DNA of 64,000 nt from an uncultured bacterium (GCA_963761755.1 CAVXIC010000031.1:154776-218775), one strand, 5' to 3'; shown: positions 44,818-57,079, counted from the stretch's first letter. Notes: generated by a model from the letters alone, not told the origin. Program-made: numbers and translations.

Positions 44818-47800
44818 TCAGGTGGGGCGATAGCGGTTGGTGACGCCGAGTCCGGCGGGCACCAGCTGGTCGGTGAACCGCTCGTACTCTCCACCGGTCA
44901 GCACCCGCAGCAAGCCCGCCGCGTCGGTCGGCTCGTACGCTCCGACCACGTCCCGCGCATGGCGGACCAGGGCTTCGCCGCGCGTCTGATCCTGACCGCT
45001 CATGTACAGCGCGCGGCCCAGCAGCAAGGAGACCTCGGCGATGTTGAGGTTGTCCTCGTCCTCGTGCGTGCGCAGCTCCAAGGCGCGCTCGAGGAGCGGG
45101 ACCGCGTCCTGGGGCGCGCCCGTGTCGATGAGCGTTCGCCCCAGACCGGTCAGCGCGTAGGCGACCAAGGGATGCTCCTCGCCCATCGAGGACTCCCAGA
45201 CCCCCAGCGCGAGCGCGTAGTGCTCTCGCGCCGACTCGGACGAGCCCGTCGCCCACAGGGAGTTGGCGAGGTCCAGGTGCGCGAAGCCGAGGTCGGCATG
45301 ACCCGGAGGCAGGGTCTTGGTCCAGACCTCGAGGCCGCGGCGCAGGTGGGGCAGCGCCTCGGCGTTGCGGCGCTGGTCGGCGAGCACGACGCCCAGGTTG
45401 ACGTGCGCGTAGCCCACGTCGCGATGGGTCGGGCCGAGCGCGCGCTCGAGGATGGCGACCGCGCGTGCGTGCAGGCGGCCCGCCTGGTCGAAGCCTTCTT
45501 GAGCGCGCCGCAGCGTGCCCAGCTGGTCCAGACATCTCGCCAGGTCGACCGGGTAGGCGAGCGAGGCGAACGTCTCGTTGGAGATCACCGGCGTGTCCGA
45601 GGGATCGGGAAGGTCGGCCAGGCTCATGGTGCTGTGGGGGTCCAGCAGCATCCGGGCGCGGACCAGGGTGCCTTCGGCAGCATCCAGGCGCATCCCGCCC
45701 TGCATGCTCGAGGCGAGCTGAAGCAGGGTCTCGGCGACGTCGGGATGCGAGGCGCCGAGCACTTGCTCTCGAATGGTGAGGCTGGCCTTGTGGTGCTGGG
45801 CGGCCATGCTGTAGCGCCCCATGCCCTCGAGCGCGGCGCCGATCCACGCATGCGTGTCGGCCAGCCGAAGGTCTCCGTTGGGCAGACGCTCGGTCTGCAC
45901 CTCCAGCGCCTTGGCGAACTGGCGCTGCGCCATGCCGTACGACCCCTCGGCCTGCGCGATCGAGCCCAGGCCGATGAGGAGCTGGGCCCGCGAGAGCGAG
46001 TCGTCACCGGCCCGCGCGATCGCAGCTTGAGCCCCGAGTGCGACCCGTCGCGCCTCGTCGTACAGGCCCTGCCGCAGCGCGACGATGTTGATCATCAGGG
46101 TCCACGCCGCGGCTTCGACGTCTGCCCGACCGGTCTGCGCCGCCAGCAGGATCGACTCGCGCAGGCGTCCGTCCGCCTCGCTGGCGTCGCCCTGCTGCAG
46201 GAGCGCGCGGGCGCTGAGCAGCAGCGCCTCGCTGCGAACCCGAGGGGCGTCGATCGCCTCCGCGCGGGTCAGGGCGCGGTCGAGGGTCTGCGCCGCCTCG
46301 GGCCGCTCCAGCGCGACCAGGGCGCGCCCGCGCGAGAGCAGCGTGTGCAGGTCGTCGAGCTTATCCCTGCGCTTCTCGTCCGCCGTCAGTCGATCGTCCG
46401 AGGCGTCGCTGCGCCGCAGACTCGTGCACGTGGCGGGCTGGGGAAGCTCTTGCGCGGCCTGGGCCGCCTGGGCCGCAGCCTCCCGGGCTGCGCCATCCTC
46501 TTCGAGGTGGGAGAGCAGCTGGTCGAGGTCGGTGCGTCGATCCTCCAGGCAGAGCAGGCCGGGATCCTCGTACTTGGGGGTACTGCGGGCCCGCGCGCGC
46601 GCGTCGGCGGTACAGCGAACGTCGTAGACCGTGGTCCATGCCTCCGCGTAGCCGTCGAGTGCGCGGGACATCGACTGCCACGATGGGCTCGCGTACGCCT
46701 CGCCAGAGGCTTCGAACTTCGCGGCGAGGGACGCCTTGCGCTCGGCGGACCAGACCTCGTCGATCGCCTGGCTCGAGGTCTTGCACGCCTCGAGGCGGCC
46801 CGAGCGGGTGCTCATGTAGACCGCGGTGATGATGCCGGCGATCCCCACGGCGATGCCCGCGACGAGCCAGGGATGGCGGGCCTGCGGCGGGTCGCGCTGG
46901 AGCTCGGCCAGCAACGCGTCCATCGACGGGAAGCGGTCTTCGGGCGCGGTGGCCAAGCCGCGCAAGACCACGCCGCGCAACCACGTGGGCACCTTGGTGT
47001 CGCGCGGTGCGTTGCGGACCTTCCCGTCGAGCACGTTGATCGCCAGCGATGCCATGCTCGACCCCTCGAACGGCCGCTCGCGATATAGCGCTTCGTACAG
47101 CGCGACGCAGAAGCTGAACTGGTCGGCATGCGGGCCGATCGGTTCCCCGCGGTGCTGCTCGGGCGCCATGTAGGCCGGCGTCCCGAGCATCGCGCCGGTG
47201 CGGGTGAGGTTGAGGTCGCGGGTCTCTGCGACCGCCGAGCTCGACCCCGAGCTGGATGCCGAGCTGGACGCCGAGCGCATCTCTTGGAGGCGGCTGTGGA
47301 CCGGTCCAGTGCGCATGGCCGCTTGCCGGGCGAGCCCGAAATCCATCACCAGCACCCGGCCGTCGCTGCCGATCAGGACGTTGTCGGGCTTGAAGTCTCG
47401 GTGCACCAGGCCTGCCGCGTGGGCCGAGGCGAGCCCACGGCCGGCGCGTACGAACGCGTCGACGAGTTCGGGCCACGCGCGCTCGGCGTTGATCCAGTCG
47501 CGCAGCGTGGAGCCTTCGATGAACTCCATCGCCACGAACACGCGCTCGCCATACGTCCCTACGTCGTGCACCGTGATGACGTTGGGATGGCTGAGCTTGG
47601 CCATCGCCTGCGCTTCGCGGAGCAGCCGAGCTCGGCCTCCGGAGTCCACGGGTCCGACGTCGCCGGCGTGCATGACCTTGAGCGCCACCCGCCGGTCGAG
47701 CTGCGGATCGAAGGCCGCGTAGACCACTCCCATGCCGCCGGCGCCAATGCGTTGGAGCACGGTGTACCGGCCCAAGCTGTCCCCGCGCTGCAGGGGCTCG

Positions 47801-47916
47801 CCGTCTTCGGGTGCCCCGGAGGACGCAAAGCCGCCGCCGGTCGTGTCGCCGGGCAGGGTGGCCACCAGCCCTTCAGCCTCCGATGCGCTCGGAGGCGATG
47901 CGTCGTGCTCTGACAT
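44818..47916 (-). CDS. Ser/Thr protein kinase with a TM segment and a large C-terminal TPR domain
   Basis: Kinase subdomains GAGGMGVVYAA..ALKV..HRDFKPDNVLI..DFGLAR. TPR-like repeats (LGRAL..G..D.A). Start chosen at MSEHDAS (47916). Confidence 0.85.
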   Translation of the reverse strand: MSEHDASPPSASEAEGLVATLPGDTTGGGFASSGAPEDGEPLQRGDSLGRYTVLQRIGAGGMGVVYAAFDPQLDRRVALKVMHAGDVGPVDSGGRARLLREAQAMAKLSHPNVITVHDVGTYGERVFVAMEFIEGSTLRDWINAERAWPELVDAFVRAGRGLASAHAAGLVHRDFKPDNVLIGSDGRVLVMDFGLARQAAMRTGPVHSRLQEMRSASSSASSSGSSSAVAETRDLNLTRTGAMLGTPAYMAPEQHRGEPIGPHADQFSFCVALYEALYRERPFEGSSMASLAINVLDGKVRNAPRDTKVPTWLRGVVLRGLATAPEDRFPSMDALLAELQRDPPQARHPWLVAGIAVGIAGIITAVYMSTRSGRLEACKTSSQAIDEVWSAERKASLAAKFEASGEAYASPSWQSMSRALDGYAEAWTTVYDVRCTADARARARSTPKYEDPGLLCLEDRRTDLDQLLSHLEEDGAAREAAAQAAQAAQELPQPATCTSLRRSDASDDRLTADEKRRDKLDDLHTLLSRGRALVALERPEAAQTLDRALTRAEAIDAPRVRSEALLLSARALLQQGDASEADGRLRESILLAAQTGRADVEAAAWTLMINIVALRQGLYDEARRVALGAQAAIARAGDDSLSRAQLLIGLGSIAQAEGSYGMAQRQFAKALEVQTERLPNGDLRLADTHAWIGAALEGMGRYSMAAQHHKASLTIREQVLGASHPDVAETLLQLASSMQGGMRLDAAEGTLVRARMLLDPHSTMSLADLPDPSDTPVISNETFASLAYPVDLARCLDQLGTLRRAQEGFDQAGRLHARAVAILERALGPTHRDVGYAHVNLGVVLADQRRNAEALPHLRRGLEVWTKTLPPGHADLGFAHLDLANSLWATGSSESAREHYALALGVWESSMGEEHPLVAYALTGLGRTLIDTGAPQDAVPLLERALELRTHEDEDNLNIAEVSLLLGRALYMSGQDQTRGEALVRHARDVVGAYEPTDAAGLLRVLTGGEYERFTDQLVPAGLGVTNRYRPT

Positions 47917-48062
47917 CCGCCCCCCCAGAATGCCGCACCTGGGCCGCCTTGGACAACGTTTGCGGCCGCCGCTGGGGCCTGGATCCGAGCCGCCGGGGGC
48001 CCGCGTCACGCCGCTGGGCGAAAGGGCGCAGACACCGGACGCTGGCGCAGGCAAGATCGACG

Positions 48063-49121
48063 ATGCCCGTGGTGAGCCAACGGTCCCTCCTGCGCAGCAC
48101 GCTGCTGGCGTTGCTCGCTCCGCGCCGATTGCTGCCAATCCTGGTGGTCGCGGTGCCGCTGGTCCTGGCGCAAGATCACTACTCCACCGAGCCGATGGCC
48201 GCGCCGCTGGGCGTGGTGATGTGCGTGGCGTTCTTCTTGTTTGCGCCCCTGTCCTGGCGGGCGCTGTTCCAGGGGGAGACCTCGCGCCGCAAGACGTTCA
48301 CCGAGCCCTTTGGGCGCCTCGTCGTGTTTGGGGTGGCCGGTGCGGGGACCGTCGCGATCGTCGGGTCGGTGATCCCGGATCTCTTGGGGCTGCAGCCCAC
48401 GCTTCTGACGTCCGAGAGCAGCCTGCTCGTGTCGATCGCGCTGTTCTTGGTGGGGGGCTACGGCCTGGGCCGCGACATCGACCTGGAGCGAAGTCTCAAC
48501 GCCGAGCGCAAGCGCGCCGACGACATGACCCAAGCGGCTCAGGCGGCCCAGCTGCTCGCGCTGCGCGACCATCTCGATCCGCACTTCCTCTTCAATACGC
48601 TCAACGCGATCGCCGAGTGGTGCCGCGATGATGGCGAGGTCGCCGAGCGCGCGACGCTGCAGCTCTCGGCGATGCTGCGCACGATCATGGAGGGCACCCA
48701 GGTGTCCTCGTGGGGCCTCGACCGAGAGCTGGAGCTGATCGACACCCTGTTCGCGCTCTATCGAATCCGGGATCCGCAGCGCTTCGTGCTCCAGCGTGAA
48801 ATGGACGACCCCCTGCCGCGCGTCGACGTGCCGCCGATGCTCCTGCTTCCCGTGGTCGAGAACGCGATCAAACACGGTCCGGCCGCGTCGCACCACGGTC
48901 CGGTGCAGCTGCGGGTGCACGCCTCCTCCAGCGGTTGGTCGGTCGAGGTCCGCAACCGCGGGCCGTTTCGAGGACCGCGCGAGGGGGGAGAGGGCCTCGG
49001 ACTGGTCGAGAAGCGACTCGAGCATGCCTACGGCGGCCGCGCACGCTTCTGCATCACCTCGCACGACGACACCACCGTGGCTCGCATCGAGCTGCCCAAC
49101 GACCTCGAGCCTCAACCATGA
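48063..49121 (+). CDS. LytS/YehU-type sensor histidine kinase (His_kinase PF06580-like)
   Basis: N-terminal TM helices. The H-box region reads LRDHLDPHFLFNTLNAIAEW. An HATPase_c domain follows (..NAIKHG..). Confidence 0.8.
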   Translation: MPVVSQRSLLRSTLLALLAPRRLLPILVVAVPLVLAQDHYSTEPMAAPLGVVMCVAFFLFAPLSWRALFQGETSRRKTFTEPFGRLVVFGVAGAGTVAIVGSVIPDLLGLQPTLLTSESSLLVSIALFLVGGYGLGRDIDLERSLNAERKRADDMTQAAQAAQLLALRDHLDPHFLFNTLNAIAEWCRDDGEVAERATLQLSAMLRTIMEGTQVSSWGLDRELELIDTLFALYRIRDPQRFVLQREMDDPLPRVDVPPMLLLPVVENAIKHGPAASHHGPVQLRVHASSSGWSVEVRNRGPFRGPREGGEGLGLVEKRLEHAYGGRARFCITSHDDTTVARIELPNDLEPQP

Positions 49122-49855
49122 CGCCCACGCTCCGCATCGCTCTGGCCGACGACGAATCCACCGCCCGCCGCCGCTTGACCCGGCTGCTGACCGCGGTCCC
49201 CGGCGTCGAGATCGTCGGGGCCCACGACAGCGCGCAGGGGGTGCTCGATCAACTCATGGACGAGGCGGTCGACGTCTTGGTGCTCGACGTGCAGATGCCC
49301 GGGCTCTCGGGCATCGAAGCGCACGCGATGCTGGGCTCCGACGCTCCGTACGTGATCTTCGCGACCGCCCATCCGCAGCACGCCATCGAGGCGTTCGAGC
49401 TGGGTGCGGTCGACTACGTGCTCAAGCCGATCGAGGCGTCGCGGCTGGGCAAGGCCATCGAGCGGGCCCGCGCCCACGTGCAGCGGGGCGCGCCGGTGTC
49501 CTCGGAGCCCGACCCCTACGATCGGGTGCCGGTCGTCACGCGGGAGGGGATCGTGCTGCTGGATCCCCCAGCGATCTCCCACGCGGTCTTCGACGGCGCG
49601 CTGGTCACCGTCCACACTACCGGGGGCGACGCACACCTCACCGACGCGACCCTGGCCGATCTGCATGGTCGGCTTCCCGGCGGGCGGTTCGACCGCGTGC
49701 ATCGCCGCGTCCTGCTCAACATGCACGAGGTCAGCATGCTGCGGCCCACGCCCAGCGGCGGGTTCGTCGCGCTGACCCGGGCGGGGGCCGAGGTCCCGAT
49801 CTCCCGCCAGTCTGCCCGGCGCATGCGCAAGGCCTTGGGGCTGTCGCGCGCCTGA
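49118..49855 (+). CDS. LytTR-family response regulator
   Basis: REC domain (IALADDE...VLDVQMPGLSG) plus a LytTR DNA-binding domain. The ATG overlaps the kinase stop (ATGA). Confidence 0.85.
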   Translation: MTPTLRIALADDESTARRRLTRLLTAVPGVEIVGAHDSAQGVLDQLMDEAVDVLVLDVQMPGLSGIEAHAMLGSDAPYVIFATAHPQHAIEAFELGAVDYVLKPIEASRLGKAIERARAHVQRGAPVSSEPDPYDRVPVVTREGIVLLDPPAISHAVFDGALVTVHTTGGDAHLTDATLADLHGRLPGGRFDRVHRRVLLNMHEVSMLRPTPSGGFVALTRAGAEVPISRQSARRMRKALGLSRA

Positions 49856-49892
49856 CCGTCGAAGGCGCCGGCGGGTGCGGGTCTCGCGCCGG

Positions 49893-50483
49893 CTAGAAGC
49901 CGGAGCCGGGCTCGCGCAAGAACGCGACCTCTTCGGCGGTGCTGCTGCGGCCGAGGATCGCGTTTCGATGCGGATAGCGGCCGAAGCGGTCGATGATCGC
50001 CTTGTGGCGGTGCGCGTAGTCCACGTTGTTGGAGAGTCCGGGCGCGTCGGGGGCCCTCGCGGCCAGCGCCTCGAACTCCCGGACCGACTGTTCCTGACGC
50101 TGACGGTCCTCGGCGTGCATCAAGGGCATGAGCACGAAGACCTGCTCGTGGGCGGCGAGTTCGGTGAGCGAGCCGTCCTCGAGCATCGAGTCGGTGGTCT
50201 CCAGGGCGGTTCGGTCCGAGGCGAACGCGCCGGGATCGTCGCGAAAGAGGTTGCGAGAGAACTGGTCCAGCACGAGGATCCGGGCCAAACCTCCGCGCGG
50301 GGTGCTCAGCCAGTCCCCGTGCCCTCCGTTCATCAAGGAGGCGTGCAGTCCACAGAAGCGCTCCCGGATCTCCGCGTCGAAGGCCTCCGACTTGGCAAAC
50401 CAGCGCTTGCGGACCTCCGCGGTTGGCGGCGCTCCGTCGATGCTGCCGAACCAGAACCGGAGAACTTCGCGCATCGTACCCAT
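49893..50483 (-). CDS. DUF924-family protein
   Basis: Motifs ..VLRFWFG..RWF..D..I...F...H...W...P...LA.IL.LDQFSRN.. are typical of DUF924. Confidence 0.8.
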   Translation of the reverse strand: MGTMREVLRFWFGSIDGAPPTAEVRKRWFAKSEAFDAEIRERFCGLHASLMNGGHGDWLSTPRGGLARILVLDQFSRNLFRDDPGAFASDRTALETTDSMLEDGSLTELAAHEQVFVLMPLMHAEDRQRQEQSVREFEALAARAPDAPGLSNNVDYAHRHKAIIDRFGRYPHRNAILGRSSTAEEVAFLREPGSGF

Positions 50484-50621
50484 GCGGGCGACTGTATCCG
50501 CACGCGCACCCCGAGCTGCCGAGCGGCGCGCGCGCGCTGACCCGCGCTAGCTCACGAGCGACGAGCGCGGACACATGGGGGAAGCGGGCCAGATGTTGTA
50601 GTTAGCGCGCGGACCCGTTCC

Positions 50622-52478
<1,857 letters not shown>

Positions 52479-52571
52479 CCGCCCCTGGCGCGGATCGATC
52501 GCGCTTTGGCGCGCATTGATTCCTCAAGGCGCTTGCGGTGGGCCCCGGGGTCCCGGACCCTTTGGGGGCCC

Positions 52572-55361
52572 ATGAAGAGCACCCGTCGAGGATTCCTGCG
52601 AGGCACGGTGGTGGGCGCGACGGCGCTCTCCGCCGGCTGCGCCGAGCGCCTGCACACCGAGGCGGGCACGGGCGCCCCTGGGGCGACGCCCTCGGATCGC
52701 GTGCGGGTGCAGACGGTGGTCAACGGGACGGCGCGGACGCTGGACGTCGGTCCGGACGACTCCGCGCTCGCCACCGTGCGCGAGCAGCTGGATCTGACGG
52801 GGTCCAAACACGGCTGCGGGCACGGTGCTTGCGGTGCCTGCACGATGCAGCTCGATGGCACCCCGGTCGCGACGTGCATCCTTCCCGCGACCGCGCTGCA
52901 TGGCCGCACGGTGACGAGCGTCGAAGGCATCGCCAAGGGCTCGCGCTTGGCCGCCGTGCAGCGGGCATTCATGGCCGAAGACGGGCTGCAGTGTGGCTAC
53001 TGCACACCGGGCTTCATCGTCGAGGCCGAGGCCTTCGTGCGGACGTGGCGATCGCAGCACGGAGACGACGAGCCCGACCGCGACACCGTGGCCGAAGCGC
53101 TGTCGGGTCACCTGTGTCGATGCGGCGCCTACGAAGGCATCTACCGGGCGGTGCAAGGCGCATGCGCGGGCCGGTTCGATGCCGGGCCCACCCTCGCGCC
53201 TCGGCAGGACGCGCGCGAGAAGGTCACCGGGTCCGCGCGCTACACCGTCGACGTCAAGCGCCCTGGCATGCTGCACGCCCGAGCGCTGCACAGCCCGCAC
53301 GCCAACGCCACCATCACCGCGCTGGACTGGACCGAGGCGCTCGCGATGCCCGGAGTGCGGGGCGTCGTCGATCTCATGCAGGGCCGCACCTCGCTTCGCT
53401 TCGCGGGTCAGGAGATCCTGGCCATCGCGGCGGTCGACGAGGCGACGGCGGCCCGCGCGGTCGAAGCGGTCGAGGTCGCCTACGACGTCCGGCCTCCGGC
53501 GCTGTCGATCCCGGCGGCCCGGGCCGCCGATGCCCCTGCCGTGTACCCGAGCCGGCGAGGGCGCAAAGCGGCGCCCAACGCCAGCGAAGGGCCGCTGCTG
53601 CCCGAGCCTTGGGAGGGGAACGTTCGGGGCCCGTTGGGGTTTATGAGCAAGCACAAGCGCGGGGCGACGCGCCGGATCGAGGACGCGCGGGAGCGGGGCG
53701 CCGCGATCGAAGGCGTGTGGACGACCGCAGCGCAGTGCCACACCACGCTCGAGCCCCACGTCGCGATCGCCCAGTGGCCTTCGGAGGACACCTTGCTCAT
53801 GCATGTATCCACGCAGGCGGTGCGGACCTGCGCGGAGGACCTCGCCGAGCGGTTCGGGCTGCGACACGACGCGGTCACCGTGGTCGCGCAGTACGTGGGC
53901 GCGGGGTTCGGTGGCAAGGGCAAGCTCGAGGGCGAGGCGATCATCGCAGCCGAGCTGGCGCGGGTCTGTGGGGCTCCGGTCCGGTACGCGCTGGAGCGCC
54001 GCGAGGAGATCATGCTGGGCGGCTACCGCCCCGCGACGCAGCTGGAGCTCTGTGCGGCCGTCGATGAGGACGGTGAGCTGGCCGTCGCGGCCAAGTCCTA
54101 CTCGGACTCGGGCGTCGCGGTCGGGCACACGGTCACACCGCTGTGGCGGATCCAATACCCGCACGTGCCCAAGCGACTCGAGGACTTCGACGTCGTCACC
54201 CATGCGCCGCCGGGCAAGCCGTTTCGAGGACCCGGAGGACCGCAGGCGTACTGGGCGATGGAGCAGGCCATCGACGCCTTGGCCCACGCGCGCGACGAGG
54301 ACCCGCTGGAGCTGCGACGCCGCTGGGATCCCAACCCCGCCCGAGCGCCGCTGTACGCGTGGGCGCAAGGCATCGATGCCTGGCGCAACCGCGCCGTACC
54401 CGGGGCCGACAAGGGCCGATTTCGTCGCGGCATCGGCCTGGCGTTTGGGACGTGGTTCGTGTTCTGCACCCCCAAGTGCCGGGTCCAGCTCGAGACCGGG
54501 CCCGATGGAATCGTCGTCTCGACCGCCTCTCAGGATATGGGCAACGGCACGCGAACCGTGCTCGCGGTGACGATCGCCGAGCAGCTCGGGGTCGCGCCCT
54601 CGGACGTCACGGTGAAGATCGGACGCTCCAACTACGTGATGGGCCCGACCTCGGCGGGCAGCCGCACGGTGTCGTCGCTGGTGCCCGCGTGCGTGGTCGC
54701 CTGCGACGCGCTCAAGAAGGAGCTGTTCGAGGATGCTCGCGAGCGGTTGGCGCTGCGCGGCGCGGTGCCGACCTCCAGCGGCATCGAACACGAAGGCGGC
54801 GTGGTGCCGTGGTCCAAGCTCGCCGCCTCCTCGCCGCCTGTCTCCGTCATCGGTCAGCGCCCCCGGGACGAGGGCGGCTTCTTCGCGCCCCCGGTCGCCG
54901 GTGTCGCGTTCGAGAAATACGTCTCGGCCGCCATTTCCATGGTCGAGATCGAAGTCGACACCCGGCTGGGCAAGACGCGGGCGACCCAGGCATGGGGTGG
55001 CTTCGGGGTCGGCAAGCTCGTCTCACCGCCGCTTGCCCGCAGCCAGGCGACCGGCGGCATCTTGCAGGCGATCAGCTACACGCTCTACGAGGAGCGAAGG
55101 CTCGATCCCAACCGAGGGTTCCTGCTCACCGGTGGCCTGGAGGACTACCGCGTGTTGGGCATCGGCGACATGCCGGAGCTGAACGTGCACTTCCACGACA
55201 AGGGGTACGAGAAGATCCCCCAGCGCTCGGCTGGACTCGGGGAGATCGTCACGGTGGCCCCACCGGCCGCGATTGGGAACGCGATGTTCCACGCGACCCG
55301 GTGGCGCCCCAAGGACCTCCCGCTGCATCCGCAGCGGGTGCTGAAAGGGTTGAGAGGATGA
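52572..55361 (+). CDS. xanthine-dehydrogenase-family molybdo-hydroxylase: fused [2Fe-2S] small subunit and molybdopterin-binding large subunit, Tat-exported
   Basis: Tat signal MKSTRRGFLRG. The 2Fe-2S clusters read CGHGACGACT and CGYCTPG..CRCGAY. A MoCo large-subunit domain follows. Confidence 0.85.
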   Translation: MKSTRRGFLRGTVVGATALSAGCAERLHTEAGTGAPGATPSDRVRVQTVVNGTARTLDVGPDDSALATVREQLDLTGSKHGCGHGACGACTMQLDGTPVATCILPATALHGRTVTSVEGIAKGSRLAAVQRAFMAEDGLQCGYCTPGFIVEAEAFVRTWRSQHGDDEPDRDTVAEALSGHLCRCGAYEGIYRAVQGACAGRFDAGPTLAPRQDAREKVTGSARYTVDVKRPGMLHARALHSPHANATITALDWTEALAMPGVRGVVDLMQGRTSLRFAGQEILAIAAVDEATAARAVEAVEVAYDVRPPALSIPAARAADAPAVYPSRRGRKAAPNASEGPLLPEPWEGNVRGPLGFMSKHKRGATRRIEDARERGAAIEGVWTTAAQCHTTLEPHVAIAQWPSEDTLLMHVSTQAVRTCAEDLAERFGLRHDAVTVVAQYVGAGFGGKGKLEGEAIIAAELARVCGAPVRYALERREEIMLGGYRPATQLELCAAVDEDGELAVAAKSYSDSGVAVGHTVTPLWRIQYPHVPKRLEDFDVVTHAPPGKPFRGPGGPQAYWAMEQAIDALAHARDEDPLELRRRWDPNPARAPLYAWAQGIDAWRNRAVPGADKGRFRRGIGLAFGTWFVFCTPKCRVQLETGPDGIVVSTASQDMGNGTRTVLAVTIAEQLGVAPSDVTVKIGRSNYVMGPTSAGSRTVSSLVPACVVACDALKKELFEDARERLALRGAVPTSSGIEHEGGVVPWSKLAASSPPVSVIGQRPRDEGGFFAPPVAGVAFEKYVSAAISMVEIEVDTRLGKTRATQAWGGFGVGKLVSPPLARSQATGGILQAISYTLYEERRLDPNRGFLLTGGLEDYRVLGIGDMPELNVHFHDKGYEKIPQRSAGLGEIVTVAPPAAIGNAMFHATRWRPKDLPLHPQRVLKGLRG

Positions 55362-56383
55362 TCGTCTTTCCCACCACCATCGAAGAGGCGCTCTCGTCCC
55401 GCGGCACGTTCCGCGCCGGCGGGACCGAGCTGCAGGAGCGCCGGCGCCTGCCCAACCTTCCGGTCGGCGGCGGCGGCGGCGATCTCGTGGACCTGCGAGA
55501 CACGCAGGGCCTGGAGGGGCTGGGGTACGCGGCCGACGGCACGCTGCGGATCGGGGCCAAGGTTCGCATGGCGACCGTCGGTGCCCACGCCGAGATCCAG
55601 AGCCTCTACCCGGGGTTTGCCGAAGCGGTGGATGGCCTGGCGACCCCGCAGATTCGGGCCGTCGGCACGATGGCCGGCAACCTGCTGCAGCGGACCCGCT
55701 GCTGGTACTTCCGCGCGCCGCAGACCGGAGATCGCTGCTTCAAGCGGGGCGGCGAGACGTGCTCGGCGCGGGCGGGCGACCACGTGCACCACGCGTGCTT
55801 CGATCTCGGGCCGTGCGCCTCGGTGCATCCCTCGACCATCGCGATGGCGATGCTGGCATATGACGGCTTGGTCGACGTCTCGCCCGGCGGACTTCGGTCG
55901 ATGGCGGCCCTGCTCGGGGACGGGTCGGATGCGCGCCGCGACAACCAGCTGGAGCCCGGCGCCCTCGTCACCGCGCTGGTGCTGCCGCCGCCGCGGGTGG
56001 GGGAGAGCTCGGCGTACTTCCGCACGATCACGCGTGCGCGCGCCGAGTGGCCGCTGGTCGAGGTGCTCGTCCGGCTCGTCCTCGAGGACGGCGCGGTGGC
56101 CGAAGCCGCCGTCGCGCTGGGCGGGGTCGCGCCGGTGCCGCTGCGGTCGGCGCCGGCGGAGGCCGCCTTGCTGGGCAAGCGCCCCGATGCCGCCGTGCTC
56201 GCCGCGGCGGCCAAGGCTGCGACTGGGGGGTCCGCGCCGCTCCCGATGACCGGATACAAGGTGGATCTCGTCGAGGGCACGGTGCTCGAGACCCTCGAGC
56301 GTGCCCTGGCCGGCGACCCCGTCGCCCTGCCATCCTCCGTCAACAAGCTGCCGCGCCCCGCCGCAGGGCAGGAGTCGCCATGA
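55358..56383 (+). CDS. molybdo-hydroxylase FAD-binding subunit (CoxM/XdhB-like)
   Basis: ATGA overlap with the upstream gene. FAD_binding_5-like N-terminus and CO-dehydrogenase flavoprotein C-terminus. Confidence 0.85.
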   Translation: MIVFPTTIEEALSSRGTFRAGGTELQERRRLPNLPVGGGGGDLVDLRDTQGLEGLGYAADGTLRIGAKVRMATVGAHAEIQSLYPGFAEAVDGLATPQIRAVGTMAGNLLQRTRCWYFRAPQTGDRCFKRGGETCSARAGDHVHHACFDLGPCASVHPSTIAMAMLAYDGLVDVSPGGLRSMAALLGDGSDARRDNQLEPGALVTALVLPPPRVGESSAYFRTITRARAEWPLVEVLVRLVLEDGAVAEAAVALGGVAPVPLRSAPAEAALLGKRPDAAVLAAAAKAATGGSAPLPMTGYKVDLVEGTVLETLERALAGDPVALPSSVNKLPRPAAGQESP

Positions 56384-56613
56384 ACCCCATCCAGTTCGAT
56401 CTCTGCAAGCACCTGCGCTGGAAGTCGCATGCTCGGGACTCCGGCTCCCCCGCCGCGATTCTGGAGTCGCTGCGGCGGCAGCAGGTGCCGTTTTCTTGCC
56501 TGTACACATGCCAGGCGTGGGGTCCCGATGATGACATCGTCTCGCCGGGGTCCTGCAGCAGCGCCCGAGATTGCTTCGAGCAGAGCCGTCTGGTCGACCC
56601 TGCGATCGCGTGA
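56380..56613 (+). CDS. small (77 aa) Cys-containing hypothetical protein, translationally coupled to the FAD subunit
   Basis: ATGA overlap. Five Cys residues (..DLCKHL..FSCLYTCQAWG..GSCSSARDCF). No known family is recognised. Confidence 0.4.
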   Translation: MNPIQFDLCKHLRWKSHARDSGSPAAILESLRRQQVPFSCLYTCQAWGPDDDIVSPGSCSSARDCFEQSRLVDPAIA

Positions 56614-56645
56614 CGTTTTCCCGCCGACCCTGCTACCTTCGCGCG

Positions 56646-57017
56646 ATGACGCGCCCGTCCAAGGCCGACACACCTCACGAAGTGGAGGCGATCATGTGTT
56701 CGCTGCCTCAGCGGTTTCGCCCCGGTCGCCTCAAGGGGTGGAGCGGCACCTTTCATTGGGACATTCGAGGCGCGGACGACCCCGCGTGGACCGTGCGGCT
56801 GTCGGATGAAGACTGCGATGTGGTCAAGGGCTTCGAGGGCGAGCCGGACTGCATCGTGCGGGTGGGGGCCAAGACCTTCGTCGCGATCGAGACCGGGGAG
56901 CGCAACCCGGTGTTCGCGTTCGCCAAGGGCAAGATCAAGATCAGCAATGTCGGCAACATGCGCAAGTACGACCAGGCGTTCTTCAAGTTTCACGACGTGC
57001 CCGCTGAGCCGGGCTGA
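56646..57017 (+). CDS. SCP2 sterol-binding-domain protein
   Basis: ..GTFHWDIRGADD..W.V.L.D..C.V..G......I......F..I..G...P..AF..GKIKI.GN.. Confidence 0.7.
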   Translation: MTRPSKADTPHEVEAIMCSLPQRFRPGRLKGWSGTFHWDIRGADDPAWTVRLSDEDCDVVKGFEGEPDCIVRVGAKTFVAIETGERNPVFAFAKGKIKISNVGNMRKYDQAFFKFHDVPAEPG

Positions 57018-57079
57018 GGTTTCCGCGAGCTGCCGCCGATCCGGTTGGGCCCCGGGTCTCGTATCGCCGGCGAGACTCG

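Noticed and set aside
54143-56383. 746-aa ORF suggesting a larger FAD-subunit gene
   Set aside because: The N-terminal two thirds are out-of-frame overlap with the molybdopterin subunit. The real start is the ATG at 55358, which overlaps the upstream stop.
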